Below, piece after piece: positions 15,607-24,927 of a stretch of 64,000 bases of DNA. Below the pieces are notes generated by a model. It ran no database searches, had not been told where the DNA came from, and saw only the letters and a list, made by a program, of their open reading frames with translations. Made by a program: the position numbers and the translations under genes. Each line of letters opens with the position of its first letter. Position 1 is the stretch's first letter. Source of the DNA: Actinomycetota bacterium (GTDB lineage: Bacteria; Actinomycetota; CALGFH01); assembly GCA_040414855.1 (NCBI GenBank), contig JBEDUQ010000081.1:2440-66439 (forward strand). Direction: 5' to 3'.

Positions 15607-17922
15607 TCAGCGCTGCCGCCGGGAGGCGCGCTCGCTGGTGGTGGGCGCGGTCGGCCGGGTCGCGGGTGGGAGCGTCGGCGGCGTGGTGCGGCGCGACAGG
15701 CTCGACGGCCACCAGTTCCAGCGGCCGAGCAGGACCACGGTGGAGGGGACCAGCAGCGTGCGGACCAGGAAGGTGTCCAGCAGCACGCCCAGCGCGATCG
15801 CCGAGCCCAGCTCCTTGACCTGGTCGTTCGGCCCGGTCAGCCCGGCGACGCCGAAGGTGGCGGCGAGGATCAGCCCGGCCGATGTGACCGGCGTGCCGGT
15901 CGCGTGGACCGCGCGCGCGACGGCCTGCCGCAGCGGCGCGTGCCAGGCCTCCTCGCGGATCCGGCTCATGACCAGGATGTTGTAGTCCTCCCCCAGCGCC
16001 ATCAGGAAGACGAACAGCAGGAACGGCAGCACGAAGTCGACGCCGGGGTCGCCGACGATGTGAATGAACAGCAGCACCGCCAGGCCGAGCGCGGCCAGGT
16101 AGCTGAAGCCGACGCTGATCACCAGGTAGACGGGCGCGACCACGCTCCGGAGCAGAATGCCGAGCAGCAGGCCGATCAGCACCAGCACCACCGGCACGAT
16201 ATGTCTGAGGTCGCTCTGGGAGACGGTGCTGACGTCGTAGGAGGTCGGCGCCAGGCCGGTCACGCCGTTGGCGGTGGCGCCGACGTTCCCCGCCACCGCG
16301 CTGACCGCGTCGCGCACGGCGGGGACCGCGTCGAGCGCCGGCTTGCTGGACGGGTCGCCGGCGGCCAGGGTCGTGTAGAACTGCACGGTGGTGCCGTCCG
16401 GGCTCACGAACTGCGCGGTCGACCGGTAGGTCTGATACTCCTGCGGCGGCACCGCGCTGGTGGTCGGCGTCGGCGGCAGGTTCCCCGGCGGTCCGAGCTG
16501 CTTGTACAGCGACGACAGCGTCTGCGCCGAGATCGCCGTCCCGTTGGGGTCGATCATGCCGTTGACCGAGCTGAACACCGGCTTGGCCGCGAGCTGCTGC
16601 TCGGCCGACTGCACCACGGTGGTGTCGTCCCAGACCGAGCGGGGGAACCGCATCAGCACCACGGTCGGGTTGGCGACGGCGGCGGTGTAGTGCTGGTCAA
16701 GCGCCTGGGTGCCCTCGGCGGAGTCGCTGCCCGCCGGTCCGGTGGTGGTGCCGCCGAAGCCGCTCGACTGGTAGCCGGTGGCGGCGAAGGCGAGCCCGCC
16801 GAAGATCACCACCCCGGCGACCAGCGTCGCGGTCGGCCGGCTGACCACCGACTCGGCGATCCGCACCCAGACACCCTCGCGCGCCTCGGCCGGCACCCCG
16901 CGCGGCCAGAACACCGCCGCGCCGAACACCGCGAGCAGCGCCGGCAGCAGGGTCAGCGCCGCCAGCAGCATGATCGCGATGCCGATCGCGAGCGCCGGCC
17001 CCAGCCCCGAGTAGAGCCCGAACGAGGCCAGCAGCAGTGTCAGCAGCGCAACGATCACCGTGCCGCCCGAGAAGGTGATCGACTCCCCCACCCGCCTGGC
17101 CGCGAGCTCGATCGCCTGGTGCATGCTGGCGCCACGGCCCATCTCCTCGCGCACCCGCAGGATCAGGAACAGCCCGTAGTCCGTCCCGGCGCCGAGCACC
17201 AGCACCGTGAGCATGATCTGGGTCACGCTCGACACCTTGAGCCCGGCGGAGGCGGCCTCGGCGACCACGCGCTCGGCGATCTGGAGCGAGAGCACGGCCG
17301 GGACCAGCGTGACCAGCGGCGCCAGCGCGGTCCGGTAGACCAGTACCAGCATCACCAGGATCACCAGGTTCGAGAAGATCTCGGTGCGGCGCTCGGCGCT
17401 GGCCTGGGCGCTCTGGTTGTCGACCGCGCTCGGCAGCGTCCCGGTGAAATGGACGGTGAGGCCGGCGGGCAGCCCGGCCGTGGCGGCGGTCGCCCGCATC
17501 GCGTCCACCGTCGGCTTCGCGTCGGAGCTGGAAGGCTGCACGTCGACGATCAGCAGCGCCTTGGTCGCGCGGCCGTCGGGCGACGGCCCCTGGTCGTGGA
17601 CCGAGACGACGTGGTCCAGCGTGGCCAGCCTGGACTCCAGCGAGCTGATCGCCGAGCTGTCGGCCGATGTCAGGCTCCCGGAGCTGGTGGTCGCCACCAT
17701 GTTCGCGCTGGAGTCTGAGGGAGGCAGGAACGGCGAGGCCAGCGTTGCCGCCTGCTGGCTCGGAGCGCTCGACGGCAGGAACGAGCTGTTGTCGCTGTTG
17801 ACGACGCTCGAGAGCGACGCGAAGAGCCCGATGGTGAGGATCGCGGCGACGATCCACAGCGCGATCACCAGGTAGCGGAACCGGATCATCGTCCGGGCCA
17901 GCCCGGCCATGAAGCCTTCCAC
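15607..17922 (-). CDS. MMPL family (RND superfamily) transporter
   Basis: 771 aa. Two 6-TM bundles separated by large soluble loops. Typical MMPL N-terminus IRFRYLVIALWIVAAIL and GTDYGLFLILRVREE / LGEDYNILVMSRIREE motifs. GTG at 17922 follows GAGGGGGG. Confidence 0.92.
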   Translation of the reverse strand: MEGFMAGLARTMIRFRYLVIALWIVAAILTIGLFASLSSVVNSDNSSFLPSSAPSQQAATLASPFLPPSDSSANMVATTSSGSLTSADSSAISSLESRLATLDHVVSVHDQGPSPDGRATKALLIVDVQPSSSDAKPTVDAMRATAATAGLPAGLTVHFTGTLPSAVDNQSAQASAERRTEIFSNLVILVMLVLVYRTALAPLVTLVPAVLSLQIAERVVAEAASAGLKVSSVTQIMLTVLVLGAGTDYGLFLILRVREEMGRGASMHQAIELAARRVGESITFSGGTVIVALLTLLLASFGLYSGLGPALAIGIAIMLLAALTLLPALLAVFGAAVFWPRGVPAEAREGVWVRIAESVVSRPTATLVAGVVIFGGLAFAATGYQSSGFGGTTTGPAGSDSAEGTQALDQHYTAAVANPTVVLMRFPRSVWDDTTVVQSAEQQLAAKPVFSSVNGMIDPNGTAISAQTLSSLYKQLGPPGNLPPTPTTSAVPPQEYQTYRSTAQFVSPDGTTVQFYTTLAAGDPSSKPALDAVPAVRDAVSAVAGNVGATANGVTGLAPTSYDVSTVSQSDLRHIVPVVLVLIGLLLGILLRSVVAPVYLVISVGFSYLAALGLAVLLFIHIVGDPGVDFVLPFLLFVFLMALGEDYNILVMSRIREEAWHAPLRQAVARAVHATGTPVTSAGLILAATFGVAGLTGPNDQVKELGSAIALGVLLDTFLVRTLLVPSTVVLLGRWNWWPSSLSRRTTPPTLPPATRPTAPTTSERASRRQR

Positions 17923-17949
17923 CCGCGACCCCCCTCGTACGCGCTTGGA

Positions 17950-17976
17950 GCGTTGCGTGCGTTGCGTGCGTCGCGC
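17950..17976. repeat. 9-bp tandem repeat (GCGTTGCGT x2 plus degenerate GCGTCGCGC) upstream of the MMPL gene
   Basis: Read directly. It lies 28-54 nt upstream of the minus-strand start at 17922. Confidence 0.75.
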
Positions 17977-18176
17977 GGCGGAGATCGCCCGGCGGTGGCA
18001 GACCCCGGGATGGTAACTGGCGATGCCTGGTGCTTCCAGTATGCTGCGGCGCCCTGACCAGCGGGTTTGCCGGCTTTACCTCGGCTTGACCGGGGCTCCC
18101 GCTAGGGTTGTGGCGGCCCTGGACGGGTACCTCGACGACAGCCGGACCAGCAGCCGAGGGAAAGGGACGGTGGCGA

Positions 18177-18344
18177 ATGCCATCCTTCAAAGATCGACTC
18201 ACGGAGCTCGCCCGCAGCCCCAAGGGACGGGAGCTGGCCGAGCGGGCCAAGCAACAGCTCCAGAAGCCGGAGAACCGCAAGCGACTCGACCAGCTCAGAG
18301 AGCGCATCCAGGGATCGGGCAAACGCCGCGACCCCGGCCACTGA
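18177..18344 (+). CDS. Small basic hypothetical protein (55 aa)
   Basis: In ORF 18108..18344. ATG at 18177. MPSFKDRLTELARSPKGRELAERAKQQLQKPENRKRLDQLRERIQGSGKRRDPGH. Moderately high GC3. No family recognised. Confidence 0.4.
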   Translation: MPSFKDRLTELARSPKGRELAERAKQQLQKPENRKRLDQLRERIQGSGKRRDPGH

Positions 18345-18354
18345 TCTCAGGCGG

Positions 18355-18822
18355 TCACAGGCGCAGTGGCTTGACCGGGGCCGCGATCAGGGACGGGTCG
18401 CTGCGCCAGTCCACGCCGGGCATGTCCACGTACAGCTCGATCTCGTTGCCGTCGGGATCGGCGATGTAGAGGCTGTGGGTGACCGTGTGGTCACTCGCGC
18501 CGAGCACGGTGGCGCCCGCCTTCTGGAGCGCCGCGAGCGCCTCTCGCAGCTCGTCGTCGCTCTCGCCGACCTTGAGACCGAAGTGGTACAGGCCGACGTG
18601 CCTGCCCTGGGGCTGGGCGGCGGCGTCCTCCCCGACCTCGATGAGCAGCAGCTCGTGGTGGGTGCGTCCGGACGGTGAGGAGAACATCGCGATCGGCATG
18701 CGCGCGCCGTCGGACGGGTCGGGAAGGATCTGCCGCCAGCCGAGCACCTCGCGATAGAACCTCGACGAGCGCTCCGCGTCCCGCACGTACAGGACGATGT
18801 GGCCGAGCTCCTTGACCTCCAT
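18355..18822 (-). CDS. VOC family protein (glyoxalase/bleomycin resistance/dioxygenase fold)
   Basis: 155 aa. LGHIVLYVRDAERSSRFYREVLGW...HHELLLIE...GLYHFGLKV is the VOC pattern. Confidence 0.88.
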   Translation of the reverse strand: MEVKELGHIVLYVRDAERSSRFYREVLGWRQILPDPSDGARMPIAMFSSPSGRTHHELLLIEVGEDAAAQPQGRHVGLYHFGLKVGESDDELREALAALQKAGATVLGASDHTVTHSLYIADPDGNEIELYVDMPGVDWRSDPSLIAAPVKPLRL

Positions 18823-18884
18823 GCGAACCTCCTCGCCGCTCGGGGCCGGGGTGCCCGGGGCCCTGGCGCCGGCCGCGCCGCCGC

Positions 18885-19523
18885 TCAGCTGAGCATGCGG
18901 CGCTTGTAGGCCTCGCCGACCGCGCCGGCGCGGTCGCGGACCCCGAGCTTGTCGTAGATGTGCAGCAGGTGGGTCTTGATGGTCGCCTCGCTGACGAACA
19001 GCTTGGCGGCGGCCTCGCGGTTGGTGGCGCCGTCGGCGATCAGCCGCAGCACGTCCAGCTCGCGCTTGCTCAGCGACTCCTGGGCGGGCCGCCGGACCTG
19101 GCCCATCAGCCGGCTGGCCACCGCCGGCGACAGCACCGACTCGCCCCGGTGGGCGGCGTGGACCGCGCGCACCAGCTCCTCGCGAGGCGCGTCCTTCAGC
19201 AGGTACCCGGTCGCGCCCGCCTCGATCGCCGGCAGCACGTCCTTGTCGGTGTCGAAGGTCGTCAGCACCAGCACCCGGACCGACGGGGCGGTGCGGTGCA
19301 GGCGGTCGATCGCCTCGACCCCGCCCATCTCCGGCATGCGCAGGTCCATCAGTACCACGTCGACGCCGACCCGCTCGACCATGGCCAGCGCCTCGACGCC
19401 GTTGCCGGCCTCGCCGACCACCTCGAAGTCCGGGTCGCCGGTGAACGCGCCGCGCAGCCCGTCGCGGACGATCGGGTGGTCGTCGACGATCAGCAGCCGG
19501 ATCGGCCGGCTCGCGGCGCTCAC
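18885..19523 (-). CDS. NarL/LuxR-family response regulator
   Basis: 212 aa. REC (IRLLIVDDHPIVRDGL...DVVLMDLRMPEMGG) plus LuxR HTH (LSKRELDVLRLIADGATNREAAAKLFVSEATIKTH). 4-nt overlap with the kinase gene. Confidence 0.95.
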   Translation of the reverse strand: MSAASRPIRLLIVDDHPIVRDGLRGAFTGDPDFEVVGEAGNGVEALAMVERVGVDVVLMDLRMPEMGGVEAIDRLHRTAPSVRVLVLTTFDTDKDVLPAIEAGATGYLLKDAPREELVRAVHAAHRGESVLSPAVASRLMGQVRRPAQESLSKRELDVLRLIADGATNREAAAKLFVSEATIKTHLLHIYDKLGVRDRAGAVGEAYKRRMLS

Positions 19524-20923
19524 CGTGAGCCCTCCGCGGGGATCGCGGGGACGCTGGCGTTGATGGCGGTGCCCTCGCCGGGCGCGCTCTCGATCTCGAG
19601 CTTGCCGGCGATCCGCCGCAGGCGCTGCGCCATCCCGTTCAGGCCGAACCCGTGGCCGTCGCCGGCCCCGTCGCCTCCGGGCCCGCCGGCGTTGCCGTTG
19701 CCGCCCGCGGGCGCGGGCGTGAAGCCGACGCCGTCATCGCGAACGTCCAGCAGCACCTCCGTGTCCATGTACGAGAGCGTGAGCCCGACCTTGGAGGCCA
19801 TGGCGTGCTTGCCGACGTTGGTGAGCGCCTCCTGCGCGACCCGGAACAGGGTCGCCTCCACCTCGGCGAGCATCGGCTTGGGCTCGCCGGTGGTCTCGAA
19901 GCTGAGCGGCACCGACGAGGTCCGCGACCAGCGCTCGGCCATCTCGGCGATGGCGTCGGGGAGCTTCGCGTCCTCGAGCGGCACCGGCTGCAGCGCCTGC
20001 ACCGACCGCCTCGCCTCGGTGAGGCTGTCCCTGGCCAGCGTGCGCGCCAGCTCGACGTGGCGCTCGAGCTGGTCCGGTTGCTCGCGGACGCGTTCGGCGG
20101 CTTCGAGCTGGGTGATGATCCCGGCCAGCCCCTGCGCGAGTGTGTCGTGGATCTCACGCGCCATCCGCTGCCGTTCGTCGAGCACCCCGGCCTCGCGCGC
20201 CTGGGTCAGCAGCTGGGCGTGCAGCCCCGCGTTCTCCTGGAGCGCGGCCTCGAGCTCGGCGACCAGCTTCTGGCGCTCCTGATGCTCCCTGGAGATCTTC
20301 GTGCCGATGAAGCTGAAGAAGCCGGTCAGGCTCGTCTGAAGGAGGATCAGGAAGATCCAGAGCGCCCAGGCCTCGACGGTCGGCTCAGGAAAGCCGCCCG
20401 AGGCGGTGTAGACCGTCAGCGAGGTGAGCGCCACGATCCCGAAGGCCGCCACGGTCGGGAGCAACCAGAACGGCTGGACGAAGCCCACGATCGTGAAGAG
20501 GATGAAGAAGAACGAGCGGTGCTGGAGGACGGCGGCGAAGGCCAGCAACCCGACCATGTAGGCCAGCATGGCGGCGGGGCGGGCGCGCCAGGCCGGCGAG
20601 CGCAGGCTGAAGGTCAGCAGCACCCAGACCGCGGCGGCCGCCGCGATCCCGATCGTGCCGGCGCGGTACGCCCAGGTCTGGGCCACCTGGAGGAGGGTCA
20701 GGGCCGACGAGCCGGCCAGCGTGATGTAGGGCGCCGCCTCGAAGATCCACTCGAACCGCCGCTCCCACCTGCCGGCCCAGGGCCCGATCCGCTCAGCCGT
20801 CTCCGGCCGCTTCCATCTGCCGGCCTCGGCCCCGATCCCCTCAGCCATCTCGTGCCGCTCCCATCCGCCACGTCGGCTCTCGCCCGATCCCAGCGGGCGC
20901 GGCCGCGCGCCCGCATGGATCAT
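19520..20923 (-). CDS. Sensor histidine kinase (HisKA_3 type) with repeat-containing N-terminal tail
   Basis: ORF 19520..20932. H-box RMAREIHDTLAQGL and a C-terminal HATPase domain (GFGLNGMAQR). ATG at 20921-20923 shares one nt with the permease stop (TGATG). Confidence 0.9.
   Translation of the reverse strand: MIHAGARPRPLGSGESRRGGWERHEMAEGIGAEAGRWKRPETAERIGPWAGRWERRFEWIFEAAPYITLAGSSALTLLQVAQTWAYRAGTIGIAAAAAVWVLLTFSLRSPAWRARPAAMLAYMVGLLAFAAVLQHRSFFFILFTIVGFVQPFWLLPTVAAFGIVALTSLTVYTASGGFPEPTVEAWALWIFLILLQTSLTGFFSFIGTKISREHQERQKLVAELEAALQENAGLHAQLLTQAREAGVLDERQRMAREIHDTLAQGLAGIITQLEAAERVREQPDQLERHVELARTLARDSLTEARRSVQALQPVPLEDAKLPDAIAEMAERWSRTSSVPLSFETTGEPKPMLAEVEATLFRVAQEALTNVGKHAMASKVGLTLSYMDTEVLLDVRDDGVGFTPAPAGGNGNAGGPGGDGAGDGHGFGLNGMAQRLRRIAGKLEIESAPGEGTAINASVPAIPAEGSR
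20761..20870 (-). repeat. In-frame 48-bp (16 aa) tandem repeat, 2.3 copies, inside the kinase 5' end
   Basis: Units 20761-20808 and 20809-20856 share about 39/48 identity; a partial third unit starts at 20857. The encoded peptide is W(E/K)R(H/P)E(M/T)AE(G/R)IG(A/P)(E/W)AGR x2, then WERRFEW. Confidence 0.8.
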
Positions 20924-21669
20924 CACTCCCACCTGAAGAGCCTGGCGGCGGCCAGGCCGGCCACGACCGTCACCGCCGCCATCACCGCCAAGTGCAGCCC
21001 CGATGGCCAGGCGCCATTCGTGGCGTCCTGCAATGACTGCACAGTAGCGCCAAGTGGGGTGAAGTCGCCGATACGGCGCAGCACGTCGGGCATGACCTCG
21101 CGTGGCACGTAGAGTCCGGCAAAGAACACCATGGGGAAGAACAGCACCGAGCCGAGCCCGGAGGCGGCGCGGCCGGTCGGCGCGACCGCCGCGAGCACGA
21201 GGCCGATCGCGAACACCGAGGCGGAGCCGAGCACCAGCGCCAGCAGGAAGCCGACGACCTGCTTCGGCATCGGGACCCCGAAGGCCAGGGCGCCGACCGC
21301 GATCACCAGGATCATGGTGAGCAGCGCGGTGGTCACGCTGGTCACCATCTGCGCCAGCAGCAGCCGCCCCGGCGGCAGCGGCGTGGTCGCCAGCCGCCGC
21401 AGGACGCCCCGCTCGCGGTAGGTCGCCAGGACGGTCGGGACCAGGCTCAGCGCCAGCATCGCCAGCACGAAGGCCATCACGATCGGGACGTAGACGTCGA
21501 TCACGCGCAGGCCGCCGAGGTCCTTGCTGGGCTCGCGGAAGCCGGGGATGCTCCCCAGTATCGCCAGCAGCAGCGGTGGGAACAGCACGCCGAAGAACAG
21601 GGCGGTCGGGTCGCGGAGGAACAGCCTCGCCTCCATGGCGACGAGTTTCGAAAGTCCGTTCGACTTCAC
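20923..21669 (-). CDS. ABC-2 type transporter permease
   Basis: 248 aa, 6 hydrophobic segments. EARLFLRDPTALFFGVLFP is an ABC-2 N-terminal motif. Confidence 0.88.
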   Translation of the reverse strand: MKSNGLSKLVAMEARLFLRDPTALFFGVLFPPLLLAILGSIPGFREPSKDLGGLRVIDVYVPIVMAFVLAMLALSLVPTVLATYRERGVLRRLATTPLPPGRLLLAQMVTSVTTALLTMILVIAVGALAFGVPMPKQVVGFLLALVLGSASVFAIGLVLAAVAPTGRAASGLGSVLFFPMVFFAGLYVPREVMPDVLRRIGDFTPLGATVQSLQDATNGAWPSGLHLAVMAAVTVVAGLAAARLFRWE

Positions 21670-21748
21670 TGCGATCTCCTAGCGGGTCGCGGGGTGGTCT
21701 CGGTGGGTTGTCGCGGTTGTGAGTCGCGGCCGGGGCCTATTCGAGGGG

Positions 21749-22654
21749 CTATTCGAGGTCCCGGCCGGTGAGGGCGACGAAGGCGTCGTCGAGGCTGGCC
21801 TGCTCCAGGCGCAGGTCGGCGGCGACGACCTGGTTGCGCGCCAGCAGCGAGGTGACCGCCTGGAGCAGGTCGCCGGTCCCGGTCACCACGAGGTGGGAGC
21901 CGGCCCTGCTGACGTCGGTGACCCCGGGCAGCGCGGCGAGCTCCTCGTCGGCCAGCGGCTTCGACGGCCGGAAGCGGATGCGCTGGCCGCTGCCGGCCCG
22001 CGAGACCAGGCCGGCGGGGGTGTCGATCGCGACCAGCCGGCCGGCGTCGATCACCGCGAGCCGGTCGCAGAGCCGCTCGGCCTCTTCCATCAGGTGGGTG
22101 ACCAGCAGGATCGTGACGCCCCGGTCCCTGATCTCCTCGATCAGCTGCCAGGTGTCGCGCCTCGCGTGCGGGTCGAGCCCGGTGGTGAGCTCGTCGAGGA
22201 CCGCGATCTCGGGGTTGCCGACCAGGGCGAGCGCGATCGAGAGCCGCTGCTTCTGGCCGCCGGAGAGTTTCCCGAAGCGGCTGTCACGCTTTCCCTCCAG
22301 GCCGAGGTCGGCGAGCAGCGCCTCCCAGTCGGCGGGGTGCTCGTAGAGGGAGGCGTAGAGGTCGAGCGCCTCCCAGACCTTCATCCGCTCGGGGAGCTGG
22401 CTCTCCTGGAGCTGCGCGCCGACCCGCTGCCGCAGCCGGGCGCGGTCCCGGACCGGGTTCATGCCGAGCACCGACACGGTGCCCGAGTCGGCGGTCCGGA
22501 GGCCCTCGATGATCTCAACGGTGGTGGTCTTGCCGGCGCCGTTGGGACCGAGGATCCCGAAGATCTCGCCGCGCTCGACGCTGAACGACAGGCCGTCGAC
22601 GGCGAGCTTGTCGCCATATCGCTTGGTCAGTTGGTCGACTTCGATGACCGGCAC
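21749..22654 (-). CDS. ABC transporter ATP-binding protein
   Basis: 301 aa. Walker A GPNGAGKTT, signature LSGGQKQRL, Walker B AVLDELTTGLD. Confidence 0.95.
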   Translation of the reverse strand: MPVIEVDQLTKRYGDKLAVDGLSFSVERGEIFGILGPNGAGKTTTVEIIEGLRTADSGTVSVLGMNPVRDRARLRQRVGAQLQESQLPERMKVWEALDLYASLYEHPADWEALLADLGLEGKRDSRFGKLSGGQKQRLSIALALVGNPEIAVLDELTTGLDPHARRDTWQLIEEIRDRGVTILLVTHLMEEAERLCDRLAVIDAGRLVAIDTPAGLVSRAGSGQRIRFRPSKPLADEELAALPGVTDVSRAGSHLVVTGTGDLLQAVTSLLARNQVVAADLRLEQASLDDAFVALTGRDLE

Positions 22655-22781
22655 GCTGCTGCCTCCTCGATCACGTGGTGGATGCGTGATCAGGATGCGT
22701 CAGCGCAGGTCAGCGGCGGATCGACGGTTCGGCTGCGAGTCGGGCCCCGTTCGGCGGACTCCGCGGCTCGGCCGTTCGGGC

Positions 22782-22811
22782 GGCGGCATCCGCCGTTTGG
22801 TGGATGCCGCC
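22782..22811 (-). terminator. Candidate intrinsic terminator hairpin (10-bp perfect stem GGCGGCATCC/GGATGCCGCC, 10-nt loop)
   Basis: Read directly. It lies 30 nt downstream of the stop of the 22841..23449 gene on the minus strand. There is no U-tract, which is common in high-GC actinomycetes. Confidence 0.45.
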
Positions 22812-22840
22812 GGTCGGTGCTCGCTCCCGGGCCGGGCCGG

Positions 22841-23449
22841 CTAGCGCTTGCTCTCCAGCCGTGGGTGCCTGAGGTCGAGATAGCGCAGGTCGCGCATCAG
22901 GCTCATCATCTCGGCCATGCGCTCGTCCCGCTCCGCCGGGTTCTCGCGCTCCATGCGACGGGCCTCGGGCTCGTTGGTGAAGTACACCGTCTGCGTAAAG
23001 TCGCCCGGGTTGTCGGCGTGCTCGACCACGGTGAAGCCGAGGATGTGCGGCGCCTGCTCCATCATCGTCTTCTCTTCATTGCGGCCGAGCTCGGCGAGGC
23101 GTTCCATGTCGTCGGTGTGGCCCTGGATGATCTGGACGAAGCCGGCGTCGTCGGAGCCGCCCTCCTTGTAGGTGTGGACCCGCGACGAGTTGTGGAAGTC
23201 CACGTCGCGCAGGTGGTTCTTGGCCCGGTCCCACCAGGCTCCCTGCTCCGGACGCTCGCTGTTGCGGCGGGCCGACTCCTCCGAGTCGAAGCGCACCACC
23301 GCGATGAAGTCGCCGTCGTCGGTGATCCCCGAGGTGGAGCCGAGCCAGCCCTGGGCGCCGGGCTTCAGCTCGGCCTGCCAACGGTCCATCTCCGCGGAGA
23401 TGGCGTCGGGATTCACCGCCTGCCCCTGAATAACCTGAATGTGCACCAT
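22841..23449 (-). CDS. Hypothetical protein built from two tandem ~95 aa ferredoxin-like (ABM/Dabb-like) repeats
   Basis: 202 aa. The internal duplication is visible: VHIQVIQGQA / GFVQIIQGHT; GWLGSTSGITDDGDFIAVVRFDSEESARRNSERPE / HILGFTVVEHADNPGDFTQTVYFTNEPEARRMERENP. It looks less GC-rich than its neighbours. Confidence 0.75.
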   Translation of the reverse strand: MVHIQVIQGQAVNPDAISAEMDRWQAELKPGAQGWLGSTSGITDDGDFIAVVRFDSEESARRNSERPEQGAWWDRAKNHLRDVDFHNSSRVHTYKEGGSDDAGFVQIIQGHTDDMERLAELGRNEEKTMMEQAPHILGFTVVEHADNPGDFTQTVYFTNEPEARRMERENPAERDERMAEMMSLMRDLRYLDLRHPRLESKR

Positions 23450-23515
23450 GCCCCCCTTATTCGCGAACGCGACACGAACGACTCGCAGGTCACTCTAGCG
23501 GCATGCGGGCGCGGG

Positions 23516-24796
23516 TCAAGCAGGTGGGGCGTCCACCAGCGCCTGGTAGACGAGCTGGCGGAGCTCCTGGCGCAGGGGGTGCGTCGAGCTCGGCATCAGC
23601 TGGGTGAGGAAGATCACGGTGATCCGCTCCACCGGGTCGACCCAGAAGGCGGTGCTGGCCGCGCCGCCCCAGGCGAACTCGCCGAGGCTTGCCGGGACCT
23701 TGTAGGCGACCGGGTCGATCACCACCGAGAAGCCGAGGCCGAAGCCGACCCCGTCGAAGGTCGTCTCCGAGAACAGCGGCCGCCCGAACTTCTCCAGGTC
23801 GACGCCGCCAGGCAGGTGGTTCCTGGTCATGTAGCGCAGCGTGCGGGTGCCGAGCAGCCGGGCGCCCTCCAGCTCGCCGTCGCCGAGCAGCATGCGGGTG
23901 AAGCGGTGGTAGTCCGCGGCGGTCGAGATCAGCCCGTGGCCGCCGAAATGCGCGTCGGGCGGCCGGAGCGCGGCGTCGCCCAGCGTGTCGTAGCGCATCG
24001 CCTTGCGCGTGCCGGGGGTGGGCACGTACAGCGCGGCCAGGTTCTTGGCGTCGTCGTCGCCGATCCAGAAGGCGGTGTCGGTCATGCCCAGCGGCTCGAA
24101 GATCCGCTCGGCGAAGAACCGGTCGAGCGACTGGCCTGAGGCCACCTCGACGACCCGACCGAGCACGTCGGTCGAGACCGAATAGTTCCATTCGGATCCC
24201 GGCTGGAAGAGCAGCGGGATGCCGGCCCAGACGTCGCAGCAGGCGGCGAGGTCCATGCCCGCCGGGGTGGTCCACTCGAAGCCGGCGGCGCGGTACATAG
24301 CGTCGACCGGGCTCGCGTGGTGCCAGCCGTAGGTCAGGCCCGAGGTGTGGGTGAGCAGGTGCCAGATGCGCACCGGCTCGGTCGCCGGCAGCGTGTCAGG
24401 GGCGAGCGCCGAGCCCGAGCGGTAGACCCGCATGTGCTCGAAGGAGGGGATGAACTTCGAGACCGGGTCCTTGAGCTGAAACGCGCCTTGCTCGTAGAGC
24501 ATCATCGCCGCCACCGAGGTGATCGGCTTGGTCATCGAGAAGATGCGGAACCGCGTGTCCAGCTCGACCGGCAGGTCCGTCTCGAGGTCACGGCCGCCGT
24601 AGGTGCTGAGGTGGACGATCCTGTCGTCGCGGCTGACCACGAGCAGCCAGCCCGGCAGCAGGCCGTCGTCGACGTAGCGGGCGAAATGACGGTCCAGCCG
24701 CGCCAAGCGCGTGGCGTCGAAGCCGACCTCCTCTGGCTGGACCTCGACCTGGAACGGTGCCAATGGCTCCCTTGCCTTCGTCGTGGGATACCGCAC
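23516..24796 (-). CDS. Serine hydrolase (class C beta-lactamase/esterase family)
   Basis: ORF 23516..24922. Active-site SMTK (S-x-x-K) in FRIFSMTKPITSVAAMMLYEQG. YSVSTDVLG (Y-x-x) and a GG region are present. Start is uncertain (GTG 24796 proposed). Confidence 0.85.
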   Translation of the reverse strand: MRYPTTKAREPLAPFQVEVQPEEVGFDATRLARLDRHFARYVDDGLLPGWLLVVSRDDRIVHLSTYGGRDLETDLPVELDTRFRIFSMTKPITSVAAMMLYEQGAFQLKDPVSKFIPSFEHMRVYRSGSALAPDTLPATEPVRIWHLLTHTSGLTYGWHHASPVDAMYRAAGFEWTTPAGMDLAACCDVWAGIPLLFQPGSEWNYSVSTDVLGRVVEVASGQSLDRFFAERIFEPLGMTDTAFWIGDDDAKNLAALYVPTPGTRKAMRYDTLGDAALRPPDAHFGGHGLISTAADYHRFTRMLLGDGELEGARLLGTRTLRYMTRNHLPGGVDLEKFGRPLFSETTFDGVGFGLGFSVVIDPVAYKVPASLGEFAWGGAASTAFWVDPVERITVIFLTQLMPSSTHPLRQELRQLVYQALVDAPPA

Positions 24797-24927
24797 GATC
24801 GCCCCCCACCCCTCAAACAATGCTGCTCCCCTCACGACTCGGCAAGAGGAGGGGTCCCGGTGCGCCGGCACCGTCTCGGCTCGTGGCTGTGGATACCCGG
24901 GCGCACTGGGGCGCCGGGACATGCAGA

